Shown piece by piece: positions 47,133 to 56,480 of a stretch of DNA of 64,000 nt (positions are counted from its first letter, which is position 1; every line of letters begins with the position of its first letter). Made by a program: the position numbers and the translations under genes. The stretch comes from a virus, in IMG/VR virus record IMGVR_UViG_3300046820_000495, positions 1 to 64,000 of that record. One strand, given 5' to 3'. Below the pieces are notes generated by a model that saw only the letters and a list, made by a program, of their open reading frames with translations, ran no database searches and was not told the DNA's origin.

Positions 47133-48308
47133 TTAATACTCCAAGAAGTTAATACCTTCGATGACATCGCCATCAAATAACATATCCATAGGATGTTTTT
47201 TGTTTGCAAATTTATTTGATGTCCAACTATTCTTTTTCTCGTTGAAATCCCACCAGCAACTAAAGCCTAGCATAATATGAATGCGCGGCGGCGCAGTTCT
47301 AGATAGCGCATAGGCACGGTGGCTTGTGTTGGTGTCCCAACTATATCCGTATCCTGCTTCTAAATGCTTTGGTTCAAATCCCTCTTGCTCAAGAACATAA
47401 TCAGGATGTGTAACAATTGGAATATTGATACGTAGGTTGCATGTCATAGCTTCGTCTTTATGCCATGTTACGCCAGCATATCTGTCTTGGCCCACTGGGC
47501 CTTCGTGTTCAGAATAAATGATACGAATAGCAGTTCTAACCATGGTCCGCTTAAAACTGTTTAGGAAAGTTCCCAATGACTTATATTGACTTGCAGGTGT
47601 TCTATAAACAAGCCCCATTGTATCAAAGTGACTATTCTTTTTATTCAATGGCATTGAATCGACGCTATGGTTTGAGTAAGGGTTTGATACACCTACTGTT
47701 CCGGGTCTATGATTACCTTGTGTGTGCTCGTGTATGTTTGCAGTATCGCCGTCTAGGTGTTTAGGATTATAAGTTAAACCAAGACCGCCGTAGCTCAAAT
47801 CCTTTCTAACTCTATTAGCATCAGGAAGCCTATAATTCCACTCACCAAACTCTTTTAAAGCTTCTAGGGTGTCTGTTGTTAGTTGTTGAACATCAATGGA
47901 CTTAGGAAGTTCAAATTTGATTAAAGGTGCATAATTTCTTTTTGGAGGGACGCTACAAACGGGCTCTGAAATTTTAAAAGGAGCAATCAGATCTAGATAC
48001 CTGGCTGTTATCATGGAATCTGGGATGGCATCTAAATCGTCAACAATAATATTCTTTCTCTTGTCGTTGTTTTTAAATTGTGCCATTTTCTTAACAGCGT
48101 ATTCGTCAATTGTAACTTTCTTAAGAACTTCTTCTTTTTCTCGTTCCATTCTTTGAAAATTAGCAATATCTCGAAGACGCTTTTCTTCAGCACGTTCTTC
48201 TTCTAGTTTCTTAGACATTGCAAGAACAGCTTCGGCAGCTCTATTTGCACGTTCTTGAGCTGATTCAACTGCCGCTACTTCTGCTTCAACTTTATCAAAA
48301 ATGTTCAT
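47133..48308 (-). CDS. 2OG-Fe(II) oxygenase with N-terminal coiled coil
   Basis: WHKDE, RINIPI-T, WDT-HRA, RIH. Confidence 0.7.
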   Translation of the reverse strand: MNIFDKVEAEVAAVESAQERANRAAEAVLAMSKKLEEERAEEKRLRDIANFQRMEREKEEVLKKVTIDEYAVKKMAQFKNNDKRKNIIVDDLDAIPDSMITARYLDLIAPFKISEPVCSVPPKRNYAPLIKFELPKSIDVQQLTTDTLEALKEFGEWNYRLPDANRVRKDLSYGGLGLTYNPKHLDGDTANIHEHTQGNHRPGTVGVSNPYSNHSVDSMPLNKKNSHFDTMGLVYRTPASQYKSLGTFLNSFKRTMVRTAIRIIYSEHEGPVGQDRYAGVTWHKDEAMTCNLRINIPIVTHPDYVLEQEGFEPKHLEAGYGYSWDTNTSHRAYALSRTAPPRIHIMLGFSCWWDFNEKKNSWTSNKFANKKHPMDMLFDGDVIEGINFLEY

Positions 48309-49291
48309 TTGTTAATCCAACCTTTGTACTTTTCATAATGTGGTTCAAGTGCCTTTAGCCACTCGTTAATCTTTGGACGGCCTTTAACAGCCATAATAAT
48401 CTTGGGCTTGGCCAAGTCTGCTCCGTGCATAAATGCTCCGTTGTTAAACACAAATGTATTTGTATCAGGTGGCAAATCTACGTATGTTCTTTTTTCGTGT
48501 GGGATACGATTTGCACTAACACCATATGCCGCACCTGTTCTAACGCTGATAGGTTTTGGATCATACTCTGCTGTGCGCTCTGGCCACTTGCTGATCCAGA
48601 ATGTAGGACCATCGTTTGTGTCCCAAATCATGATACGTAAGCTATCTGGCCACGGATAGATAACTGCGTCTGGATCAATGTGTGGAGTTACTTCGTTGAT
48701 GTTAGACCATAATACAACCTTCTCAACACTATGGAAAGGCAAGCAACTGAAGATCTGCTCAAACATCTTTGGAAAGTGGCTGGTCCAATCATCTACCACT
48801 GTATTCTTATAGTTAAATTTGGTATGGTCTACGTCTGGGTGTAGATAGCAACATAAGCCTTTCCAAAACTGTGTTTCATTTAGGCCACGTGTGATGTCAG
48901 CTTGCTTTTCATTCCACAGCTTCCAGAACAGGTCCCAGTCATCTGGTTCAATCTTAGGCACATCCAATGGTACCCATGCAATAGGTGACCACTTAGGATC
49001 TACCAATGCCATTTCTGGCCAGGCTGCAGGGCTAATGTAGCTTAAGAAACCTACATCAACATTGGGCATATGAAAGACCTTGCCTCCTAGTCTGACCCAC
49101 TCTTCAAACGGATTGCGCCCGTTTAATAACCAAAATGCAGAATGATGATCTAGTACTACCCATTCCCCTGGATGTAAGTCTGCAGGGAGTGTTTGTCCTG
49201 GACCTAGTGTTATTGTTTTGCCTGTTAGCCTACTGGTACGCCAATTTACATGGGCCAGTATCGTTTCTTTAGGTGGGATGAGCAGTGACAT
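48305..49291 (-). CDS. Putative 2OG-Fe(II) oxygenase
   Basis: PHID, NTFVFNN-MHGA, K. Confidence 0.6.
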   Translation of the reverse strand: MSLLIPPKETILAHVNWRTSRLTGKTITLGPGQTLPADLHPGEWVVLDHHSAFWLLNGRNPFEEWVRLGGKVFHMPNVDVGFLSYISPAAWPEMALVDPKWSPIAWVPLDVPKIEPDDWDLFWKLWNEKQADITRGLNETQFWKGLCCYLHPDVDHTKFNYKNTVVDDWTSHFPKMFEQIFSCLPFHSVEKVVLWSNINEVTPHIDPDAVIYPWPDSLRIMIWDTNDGPTFWISKWPERTAEYDPKPISVRTGAAYGVSANRIPHEKRTYVDLPPDTNTFVFNNGAFMHGADLAKPKIIMAVKGRPKINEWLKALEPHYEKYKGWINK

Positions 49292-49321
49292 AACAATAGT
49301 TATGCTTGTGTAGAAGGGGTG

Positions 49322-49918
49322 TTAGGTCAATAATTCTTTTCCTATATCATGCCAGTTATTAAACTTGCGTACAGATATATCAGAAAAGTTAACGTTCCAG
49401 GGTTGATTGATCATGTAGGTTGCGTGTCCTGCTTGAGCACTTGCCCTTGCTACGCTTTCAATTGAAGTCACACATACTGCATCATCATGTTCTATTAACA
49501 TAGGATACAAATTAGCATTACGTGGCACAACATATAGTTCTTTTATTATGCCAGGGAATAATAACTCTAGGTTAGCACGTCTTAGAATTGCACGATGCAT
49601 ATCTTTGCTGGCTCTGCTGTAGCCTACCACTGTCCAGCCATTCATCGGAAAATGTTTTAGTACGTGCTCTGCGCCTAGCAATGGAAACAAGGCGCCCCAT
49701 TGCCACGAGTGTTCACAAAACTCCCTCATCCAAAGATCAGCCAAGTCATCTGGTATGTTTAACCAGTGTCCCAAATGTTCTCTGTTGGAAATTTTGTTGC
49801 CTTCGACCCCTTTAAGTCTATCAAGTGTGCTTAGCCACTTGACAAAACCTGTAAGTGTATCTATGCAAGTATCATCTAAATCAATGATTAACTTGCGGGT
49901 GTCATCCGGCAAGCTCAA
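49322..49918 (-). CDS. Degenerate HAD / 5'-nucleotidase-like protein
   Basis: IIDLDDTCID motif I, QPWN; motif IV acidic residues not evident; TTG start. Confidence 0.6.
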   Translation of the reverse strand: MSLPDDTRKLIIDLDDTCIDTLTGFVKWLSTLDRLKGVEGNKISNREHLGHWLNIPDDLADLWMREFCEHSWQWGALFPLLGAEHVLKHFPMNGWTVVGYSRASKDMHRAILRRANLELLFPGIIKELYVVPRNANLYPMLIEHDDAVCVTSIESVARASAQAGHATYMINQPWNVNFSDISVRKFNNWHDIGKELLT

Positions 49919-50213
49919 CGCTTACCCCCAATGGGTGCCCATTAGTGCGAGCAATTTGTGTAGACTCCATTGCTTTTTGTTCAGCAACTTCATATGTGTA
50001 AATGCCGGCTGTACCTTTACCATTTTCATGTACTTGTAACATGACCTGTACTGCGGCTTCTTGAGTGTGATGGAAAATAACTTTTAACAATTCAATAACA
50101 AATTCCATCGGTGTGCTATTGTCGTTTAAGATAACCACACGGTAACGCTCGGGCTCTTTTACGCCTGTAATATTTTCTGTTATAGTAGCTGTATCAACTG
50201 ATGATTGTGACAT
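49902..50213 (-). CDS. clpS: ClpS adaptor protein
   Basis: YRVVILNDNSTPMEFV, ML-VH-G-G-Y-YEVAE-K, HPL. Confidence 0.92.
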   Translation of the reverse strand: MSQSSVDTATITENITGVKEPERYRVVILNDNSTPMEFVIELLKVIFHHTQEAAVQVMLQVHENGKGTAGIYTYEVAEQKAMESTQIARTNGHPLGVSVELAG

Positions 50214-50242
50214 AATGTTTCCGTGTTAACTTTGATATTTAG

Positions 50243-50270
50243 CTTGGGTAAGCTTTTACACTTACCCAAG
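50243..50270 (-). terminator. Hairpin after hsp20, probable terminator or processing site
   Basis: cttgggtaag...cttacccaag inverted repeat, no clear U-tract; TAAATA at 50236-50241 follows. Confidence 0.5.
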
Positions 50271-50281
50271 GACTAGGTTTA

Positions 50282-50707
50282 TTATTCCTTAATTAGAGGA
50301 ATCTTTTTAGGTTTGTTTTCCTCTGGAACAATTTGCTCCAAATCAATTACTAGCATACCATCTTTGAGGCTTGCTGTTTTAATCTCAACATGTTCGCCAA
50401 GCACAAATTCGCGCTTGAAACTGCGAGTAGCAATACCACGATGTAGATAGTTTGTAGTATCTTCTTCTTTCTTTTCCCCTACGACAACAAGAGCATTTTC
50501 TTGATGTGTAACTTCAATATCCTTTTCTGTAAAGCCAGCCACCGCCATGGTAATGCGGTAATGGTTTTCAGAGGGCTTCTCTAAGTTAAATGGGGGATAG
50601 CCACCGTTGCTAGGACTGCTGACATTCATTAAACGATCCAAGTCGTTAAACAAACGATCAAAGCCAACACCAAATCGATGGTATGGTAAAGTTAGATTAT
50701 TAGACAT
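50282..50707 (-). CDS. Small heat-shock protein (IbpA-like Hsp20)
   Basis: GFDRLF, YPPFN, AVAGF, YLHRGIA-R-F-R-F-L, GML-I-L, P-KIPL. Confidence 0.92.
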   Translation of the reverse strand: MSNNLTLPYHRFGVGFDRLFNDLDRLMNVSSPSNGGYPPFNLEKPSENHYRITMAVAGFTEKDIEVTHQENALVVVGEKKEEDTTNYLHRGIATRSFKREFVLGEHVEIKTASLKDGMLVIDLEQIVPEENKPKKIPLIKE

Positions 50708-50711
50708 AATA

Positions 50712-50787
50712 TAGTCTCCTTAAAGCGAGTCTAAATTGTGATCTCATCTCGAGCATCACATTGTGAACTAGTCCTATTGGCACTAGT
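50712..50787 (-). ncRNA. ROSE-like RNA thermometer / structured hsp20 leader
   Basis: Three bulged-G hairpins; last one CUC-G-CU pairs with the AGGAG SD. Confidence 0.7.
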
Positions 50788-50794
50788 ATACACA

Positions 50795-50823
50795 ATTATA
50801 TTTATATTCAATCAGAATGTCAA
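50795..50823 (-). promoter_or_regulatory. Composite promoter: sigma70 with nested TATAAATA late-type box
   Basis: TTGACA-17-TATAAT, overlapped by TATAAATA (50799-50806). Confidence 0.75.
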
Positions 50824-50825
50824 TT

Positions 50826-51092
50826 TTAATATAACCGTTTACGCTGACCTTCGCGACTGGGTCTTCGACCGGCAACTTCATCTTCTTCTACTTTTTTGAG
50901 CCAACGTCTACGGGCTTTGTTTTCTTTGACCAAACGCTCAACGCAGGGTTTTACATATTCCATACGTTCACGTACTTCTTCTAACTTGCCACTGTCTTGT
51001 ATCTTATTTTTAAACTTTCTTAGGGCTTTTTCTACATTGCCGTCTTTAACGGAAACGGCGGTGCCCTTAAGTTTCTTTTGGGTTTCTCTCAT
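50826..51092 (-). CDS. rpsU: Ribosomal protein bS21
   Basis: [25 protein letters not shown]. Confidence 0.85.
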   Translation of the reverse strand: MRETQKKLKGTAVSVKDGNVEKALRKFKNKIQDSGKLEEVRERMEYVKPCVERLVKENKARRRWLKKVEEDEVAGRRPSREGQRKRLY

Positions 51093-52312
51093 GCGACTAT
51101 TTCTAAATTTTTGTAAATTGTGACGGGCTTATGGTCTTCCACGGCCTGTTCAGTAATTATAACTTTACTTAATCCTTCACGGGCCAATTCAGGTAGATTA
51201 AACTGTATATCTAACAAAATATGCTCAATAATGCTTCTAAGTCCGCGAGCACCCGTCTTCTTAGTTATGCTCAGGTTTGCAATAGCAATTCGTGCTTCCG
51301 TTGTAAATTCCAACTCAACACCATCCATTGCAAAAACGGCACAATACTCTTTTTCAATGCTGTCTTCTGGTTCAGTTAGGATTCTAACCAGGCTATCTGC
51401 GTCCAGCGTTTCTAGTGCAGAGATAACTGGAATACGTCCCATGAACTCAGGAATCATACCAAACTTGACAAAGTCTTCTGGTTCTACTTCTGCTAACCAA
51501 CGATCAGTACTGATTTCAGCTGTGCCTACTTCGGCACCAAAGCCAATCCGAGTACCGCCGGTCATGCGCTTCTTAACTTGTTCATCTAAGCCAACAAAGG
51601 CACCGCCCAAAATAAACAAGATGTTCTTGGTGTTTACTGTGTTTGCATCTTGCCCTGGATGCTTACGCCCACCATTGACAGGCACACGACACTCAGTGCC
51701 TTCAATTAGTTTGAGCAGGGCCTGTTGTACACCTTCTCCTGACACGTCACGAGTGATACTTGCGCTTTCACTCTTGCGACCTTTCTTATCGATCTCATCA
51801 ATGTAGATGATACCAGTCTCTGCACGTTTGATATCACCATCAGCACTTTGTACCAGTCGGTGTATAACGCTTTCAACGTCATCACCTACATAGCCTGACT
51901 CAGTTAATGTAGTAGCATCAGCAACTGCAAAAGGCACGTTGAGTTTTTCTGCCAGCTTCTTGGCCAACAAAGTTTTACCACTTCCAGTAGGACCAATCAA
52001 TAGCACGTTGCTTTTCTTAATAAGGTCTGCTGTACTTTGCCCCAGACGTTTGTAGTGATTGCGAACAGCAACACTTAGACTACGCTTGGCCAAGTCTTGT
52101 CCAATGACAAATCTATCCAAGTAAGATTTGATTTCACTTGGTGTACTAGACCCAGTAAACGTGGTAGGTGCTTTTTCTTCTGATAGTGCTTCCAGGCACA
52201 AATGAATACACTCGTTGCAGATATATGCTTTGTCTCCAGCAATGAGTGCTGTGACTTCATCTCTGTGTTTATTGCAGAAGCTACACTTTAAATTTTGTAC
52301 TTTATCCACCAA
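51089..52312 (-). CDS. clpX: ATP-dependent Clp protease ATP-binding subunit ClpX
   Basis: C4 Zn finger, [40 protein letters not shown]. Confidence 0.95.
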   Translation of the reverse strand: MVDKVQNLKCSFCNKHRDEVTALIAGDKAYICNECIHLCLEALSEEKAPTTFTGSSTPSEIKSYLDRFVIGQDLAKRSLSVAVRNHYKRLGQSTADLIKKSNVLLIGPTGSGKTLLAKKLAEKLNVPFAVADATTLTESGYVGDDVESVIHRLVQSADGDIKRAETGIIYIDEIDKKGRKSESASITRDVSGEGVQQALLKLIEGTECRVPVNGGRKHPGQDANTVNTKNILFILGGAFVGLDEQVKKRMTGGTRIGFGAEVGTAEISTDRWLAEVEPEDFVKFGMIPEFMGRIPVISALETLDADSLVRILTEPEDSIEKEYCAVFAMDGVELEFTTEARIAIANLSITKKTGARGLRSIIEHILLDIQFNLPELAREGLSKVIITEQAVEDHKPVTIYKNLEIVA

Positions 52313-52727
52313 GTGCTAACTCCAGAATTCTCAATAGCTCATCTGTATCTTCGTAGCTTGGAATGCCAACAGCATTAAGCAAGGATACAAACTCATCGCT
52401 ACCAGGGCGTGTATTAAAAATAACTGGTTGGTCAACTTTGGTCATTGCCATGGCCATTCTTATTTCATGTTCACTACAGCTGGCCATGTCACAAATAACA
52501 ATGTCACAGTTATCAACTACATGCCAATACCATACCCATGCTTTTGGATCTTTAACTCCGCTTTCGTTTGTATAGAAAGTAAGTTGATTCTGCTGTATAT
52601 TCTTTTCAACAGTTGATATAATTGTGTCTTGCCAGTCTTTGTTATTACTGATTAAACAAAATGCCAGGCCACCTCCGGGCATATAAAGTGTAGGTGGACT
52701 AACAACATAAACATTGGAATCGGTCAA
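52302..52727 (-). CDS. Hypothetical protein
   Basis: 141-aa ORF, TTG start, SD AAGGA. Confidence 0.6.
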   Translation of the reverse strand: MTDSNVYVVSPPTLYMPGGGLAFCLISNNKDWQDTIISTVEKNIQQNQLTFYTNESGVKDPKAWVWYWHVVDNCDIVICDMASCSEHEIRMAMAMTKVDQPVIFNTRPGSDEFVSLLNAVGIPSYEDTDELLRILELALGG

Positions 52728-52736
52728 AATAATCCT

Positions 52737-54056
52737 TTAGACATCGTCACGTTTTGGAAATACAGACTGGAACCAACCACGACTGCGCTTCTGTTTAAGC
52801 AGATCATCTTTGTTTGCTTTAACTATTTTATCAGTAACAACTTCTGGTTGTTGCTCAGAAACTGCCCATGCCTCACCGGGTGTGCCAGGTGGTGCAAAGT
52901 CTAATTTTTTACCAGCTTCTAGTTGTGCTATATCTGCTTCACTTAGTTCATTGAACGTTGGTGTAATTAGTGTGCCATTGGGATTGTAAACACCTGCATC
53001 GACAGCTTCTTTAAATGCTGGCTCGGTGGTAATGTCAGCCAATTCTTTGCCAATGACTTTTTCTTTGGCCAGGCGTTTAGCCTCAGCTAGTTCATCAACT
53101 TCTACATCTGTTTTAGGATAAACTGGATCTAGATTGCTTGCAATGCTTTCATTGTGGGAATTAAGTTCTTCATACTCAGCTAGGAATTTAAAGTCTTCAA
53201 CTGGTGGTGTTTGTGTGACAGTGGGTTGCTCAGTTTCCTGAATCCTTACTGGGCTGTCACCCTCCGCTTCTTCATCTTGTTTACGGAACCATTGGAAGCT
53301 GTATTGGCTTGCCAACAGCAAGATAACTGCCAAGGGGTCAAATACACTAACAATAATAATGATTACCCATGTAACTGCTTTTTCTAATACATTGGCATCT
53401 GGGTTGTCACCATAGATAAATGCCGCAATGTATTTGACAGGGCCTACTTCAGCTTCTACTTTACGTACTTCTGCGGCAATGGGCGCCCGTGCCTCATTGA
53501 GTACTGCGATTTTCTTTTGAGCTTCTGCAATGTCTGTAAGGAGGCGAGCACGTTCTTTCTGCTGGGCTCGGCGTATGGCAACTGCTTTGTCCGCCCCCTT
53601 TTCATCTTGACTGCGACCCATAACTTGATCCACAGCCTCATCCATTTGTTTGAGAGCCTTGCGACTAGCATCTATATTTTCCCGTTCAGTTTTAATTTTT
53701 TCATCGTAGACAGCAATCTTTGCTAGTACATCACCTGACACCAAGCCAGCATCACTGTGTGCTTTGCTTAAGAAGCCAAAGATACCCATACTGGTGATTA
53801 TCATTAAGATAGCCACTGCAATAGTCATATATGTTTTTATAAAGAAAGGAGCACGACTCCAGTTCTGCTTTAGCCATACTGTGGCTATCAGTTTACTGAC
53901 TTCAAGTGCCACACCCATAACAATAATGGGTACAACTGCGGCGGCGAAAATGCTTACTAGGCCTGCTACCGAATAGTATACGGCCACAGCTGATATGCTT
54001 AGGCCGCTGATTAGTGCCAAGTAGGCAACTATTTTGTCTGTGCGTGTGATTTTCAT
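52737..54056 (-). CDS. Membrane protein with coiled coil and acidic tail
   Basis: Three N-terminal TM helices, coiled coil, EVGPVKYIA, FDPLA TM. Confidence 0.75.
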   Translation of the reverse strand: MKITRTDKIVAYLALISGLSISAVAVYYSVAGLVSIFAAAVVPIIVMGVALEVSKLIATVWLKQNWSRAPFFIKTYMTIAVAILMIITSMGIFGFLSKAHSDAGLVSGDVLAKIAVYDEKIKTERENIDASRKALKQMDEAVDQVMGRSQDEKGADKAVAIRRAQQKERARLLTDIAEAQKKIAVLNEARAPIAAEVRKVEAEVGPVKYIAAFIYGDNPDANVLEKAVTWVIIIIVSVFDPLAVILLLASQYSFQWFRKQDEEAEGDSPVRIQETEQPTVTQTPPVEDFKFLAEYEELNSHNESIASNLDPVYPKTDVEVDELAEAKRLAKEKVIGKELADITTEPAFKEAVDAGVYNPNGTLITPTFNELSEADIAQLEAGKKLDFAPPGTPGEAWAVSEQQPEVVTDKIVKANKDDLLKQKRSRGWFQSVFPKRDDV

Positions 54057-54057
54057 T

Positions 54058-54780
54058 TTATACGTGTGTCCTTGCTGGGAAGCAATGTGGTAGATCGTTA
54101 AACAAAGTCCAATACTTTACCATATTGCCATCTTTGTCAAGATCAAATGTGTCGTTCTTGGCTTGTACGTTGGGTACCTTGCCAAATGCATTTGGGAATT
54201 TTTCCCACATGCGTTCATAGTAGTTGCGTGGCATAACATCAATGATCAAGTGTGTTCTCCATGTTGTGCCGTAGTTAACTGCTGTGTGTGGAATCTTGTT
54301 ATTAAGTTCCCACAACTCACCGGGTTCGATATGATCACGAACTCCGCCGTTTTCTAAGTCATAGCTGACATGATACAAATAGCAATCTGGATTGGTTTCT
54401 AGTGCTATGTTGTAACGTCTACTGTAACGCTGTGTAAAACGTGTATCAGTGTGCATAATGGTATCGCCACCTGGTTGCATGTATGCAATGTCAGCTTGAC
54501 ATAACACTGGATCAGCAATGCCAGTTATCTTCATAAGATAATTAATAGGCTGGCGGAACGCACACATGATATCAATTTGCGATTTGGTAATAGGTCCAGT
54601 GATATCATAAAAGCCTGCAATACGCTCTGGGCTATTAGGCAAATACATCAGGTAAGTGTCATCACCTTTACGCTTGTCAGAGTCAGACCATTTATATGCC
54701 TTAAGCAAGGCATTTGCTTTGTCAAAAATTTTAGGGTCAAATACAGCCACCTTACGTGCTGTCATTCCTGGTTCGTACAT
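54058..54780 (-). CDS. 2OG-Fe(II) oxygenase, Asp/Asn beta-hydroxylase-like
   Basis: PGG-MHTD, TNP, ELNN-PHTAVN-G-RTHLIID. Confidence 0.8.
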   Translation of the reverse strand: MYEPGMTARKVAVFDPKIFDKANALLKAYKWSDSDKRKGDDTYLMYLPNSPERIAGFYDITGPITKSQIDIMCAFRQPINYLMKITGIADPVLCQADIAYMQPGGDTIMHTDTRFTQRYSRRYNIALETNPDCYLYHVSYDLENGGVRDHIEPGELWELNNKIPHTAVNYGTTWRTHLIIDVMPRNYYERMWEKFPNAFGKVPNVQAKNDTFDLDKDGNMVKYWTLFNDLPHCFPARTHV

Positions 54781-55125
54781 TTAATCATCCTCATCATCAT
54801 CAGGTACTTGGAAGCTGGTTGCTAATCCTTGCTCCACTAATGCTTCATTTATATTTAATGTTGGCTCACCGGATTCGTTTGCAATGTATGCCCAGCCAAG
54901 AACGCGACCCAACTTAGAACGCTTGGTTATAATGGGTTCTACAATTAGACCATCCTTGCATAGCTCTGAAAGCACAATACGGACATCACTGTCTTTACCG
55001 CACGAAGCTACTCCAAACAATCTAATCTTCTGGCGTGTGTACACATTAAAGCCAAGATCTAGTTCTACTTCTAAGGTATCAGTACCACGCACTTCTAGTA
55101 TTTTGGCTGGGTATAATCTTCTCAT
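54781..55125 (-). CDS. Thermonuclease (SNase)-like protein, possibly inactive
   Basis: DT-LDLGF, IRL-GV, GRVL, NE-LV-GLA. Confidence 0.7.
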   Translation of the reverse strand: MRRLYPAKILEVRGTDTLEVELDLGFNVYTRQKIRLFGVASCGKDSDVRIVLSELCKDGLIVEPIITKRSKLGRVLGWAYIANESGEPTLNINEALVEQGLATSFQVPDDDEDD

Positions 55126-55796
55126 TTTTCTTCTTTTGGTTTTACTCTATAAAAAACATGGTTACCAATTTGCTGTACGGAATCTTTGACTCGCTTCCAA
55201 GTTGGTTTCCAGTCTATGTATGTAGCATGAAAGTGTGTGGCTCCGCGAGTCGGATCCTCTACCTTGTCTGATTCGTTGATTGTTACAAGTGCAACGCCTA
55301 CTGCTTGATACCAATGGAATCCAGCAGGCTGTGTGCCGGGATGATTGCAGGTCCAAGAAAATTGGCAACCTTGTTTAACTACACCGCAAACAGTCTTGGC
55401 ATAACCTTCTTCAAGGCGATTAAGTGTTACTTTGGCCACTGCTACCTGACCTTGTAGGCTTTCGCCACGACTTTCGTAGTAAACATTTTCTGCTAGACAA
55501 CGAACTTGCTTGTCTACAACTGCTTGACGGATACCACCGGCATTTTCTACGCTACTACGCATAAGCCTACGAACACGCTGTTCCCATGTTTCATTTTCAT
55601 AAGAATGTATTTGGTTATCAAACCATTCCTGAAACGTGGTTAGGCTGTTGTTTTTTGCCTTAGGATCTGGGCTGTACTGACCAGCTACTGCTGTGACAAC
55701 CACTAATAATGTTAAAGCCAATAAGATGACTTTAGATAGCAAACGTTCTACCGCTTGCTTTGACATGCCCGAGAAAAACTTAGGGGTCATGTGCAT
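55122..55796 (-). CDS. Cell-wall hydrolase (SleB / Hydrolase_2)
   Basis: CLAENVYYESRGE-GQ-AVA-V-NR, CQFSW, GATHFH, IGNHVFY; N-terminal hydrophobic segment. Confidence 0.9.
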   Translation of the reverse strand: MHMTPKFFSGMSKQAVERLLSKVILLALTLLVVVTAVAGQYSPDPKAKNNSLTTFQEWFDNQIHSYENETWEQRVRRLMRSSVENAGGIRQAVVDKQVRCLAENVYYESRGESLQGQVAVAKVTLNRLEEGYAKTVCGVVKQGCQFSWTCNHPGTQPAGFHWYQAVGVALVTINESDKVEDPTRGATHFHATYIDWKPTWKRVKDSVQQIGNHVFYRVKPKEEK

Positions 55797-55828
55797 GTTA
55801 CACCTCCTTTCATTAGGATTACCTCCAG

Positions 55829-56350
55829 TCAGGTCTTTGACGATAAGATATCATCTAAAACTTCACCTGGGCTCTGATATCCATGATCAACCTGGGTGTA
55901 GGTTATATCATGCTTGGCCAAGAGCACCGCAATCCGCCGATCGACCTCAATGCTAGCATCAAGGTTATGCACACGGCCGCGATCATCGAACCACGGGCCG
56001 CGCCCTAGAAATGCCACAACATTGTCGTAACGCTTCCAGAGTTCTACTACTACCTGTTCCCACTCTGCAGGATAATCCTCCGGAGCATAGATAGCACTCA
56101 ATAAAAAGGGACTGTCAGTTATAATATAATCAACTTGTCCTACTAACCTATGTATTCGTTGTACTTGACGACCAAATACATAAGCCTGATTTTCCAGCGC
56201 ACAATGTCTACCTTCCCAGACTAGGTCTTTGGCAACTTCCGTTACCAACTCTACATTCCACCCTCGGCGTTTTGCTTCGTGATATAAGCCTGACGCTAGA
56301 GTGCTTTTACCTGCTCCTGGGCCAGCAATGACATTAATTACTTTCATCAT
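55829..56350 (-). CDS. P-loop kinase/ATPase (NadR/AAA_28-like)
   Basis: GPGAGKST, E-AK, ITDSP. Confidence 0.8.
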   Translation of the reverse strand: MMKVINVIAGPGAGKSTLASGLYHEAKRRGWNVELVTEVAKDLVWEGRHCALENQAYVFGRQVQRIHRLVGQVDYIITDSPFLLSAIYAPEDYPAEWEQVVVELWKRYDNVVAFLGRGPWFDDRGRVHNLDASIEVDRRIAVLLAKHDITYTQVDHGYQSPGEVLDDILSSKT

Positions 56351-56353
56351 GTT

Positions 56354-56382
56354 ATTGTAGCATTTTACTTATTATTAGTCAA
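56354..56382 (-). promoter_or_regulatory. sigma70-type promoter
   Basis: TTGACT-17-TACAAT. Confidence 0.7.
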
Positions 56383-56386
56383 GAAA

Positions 56387-56409
56387 ACAGGGCAACCAAT
56401 GTGCCCTGT
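56387..56409 (-). terminator. Intrinsic terminator
   Basis: acagggca...tgccctgt stem with T-tract on minus strand. Confidence 0.65.
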
Positions 56410-56480
56410 CTAGCGATACCGTATGAGGCGATTTTTATTTTTAGTACGAAATAATGTCTGTTAAAGCTAGTGTTATTGGA

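Noticed and set aside
9739-52312. Window as a bacterial chromosome because of clpA, clpX, clpS, infA, rpsU and erpA
   Set aside because: Bacterial synteny is absent (no clpP/tig/lon, clpS far from clpA) and the genes are interleaved with tail fibres, spanins, a gp44-like loader and dense small phage ORFs
55787-55827. Two tandem GGAGGT sites and an 8-codon ORF (MKGGVTCT) overlapping the cell-wall hydrolase start
   Set aside because: Could be a leader peptide but is too short to distinguish from chance without conservation data
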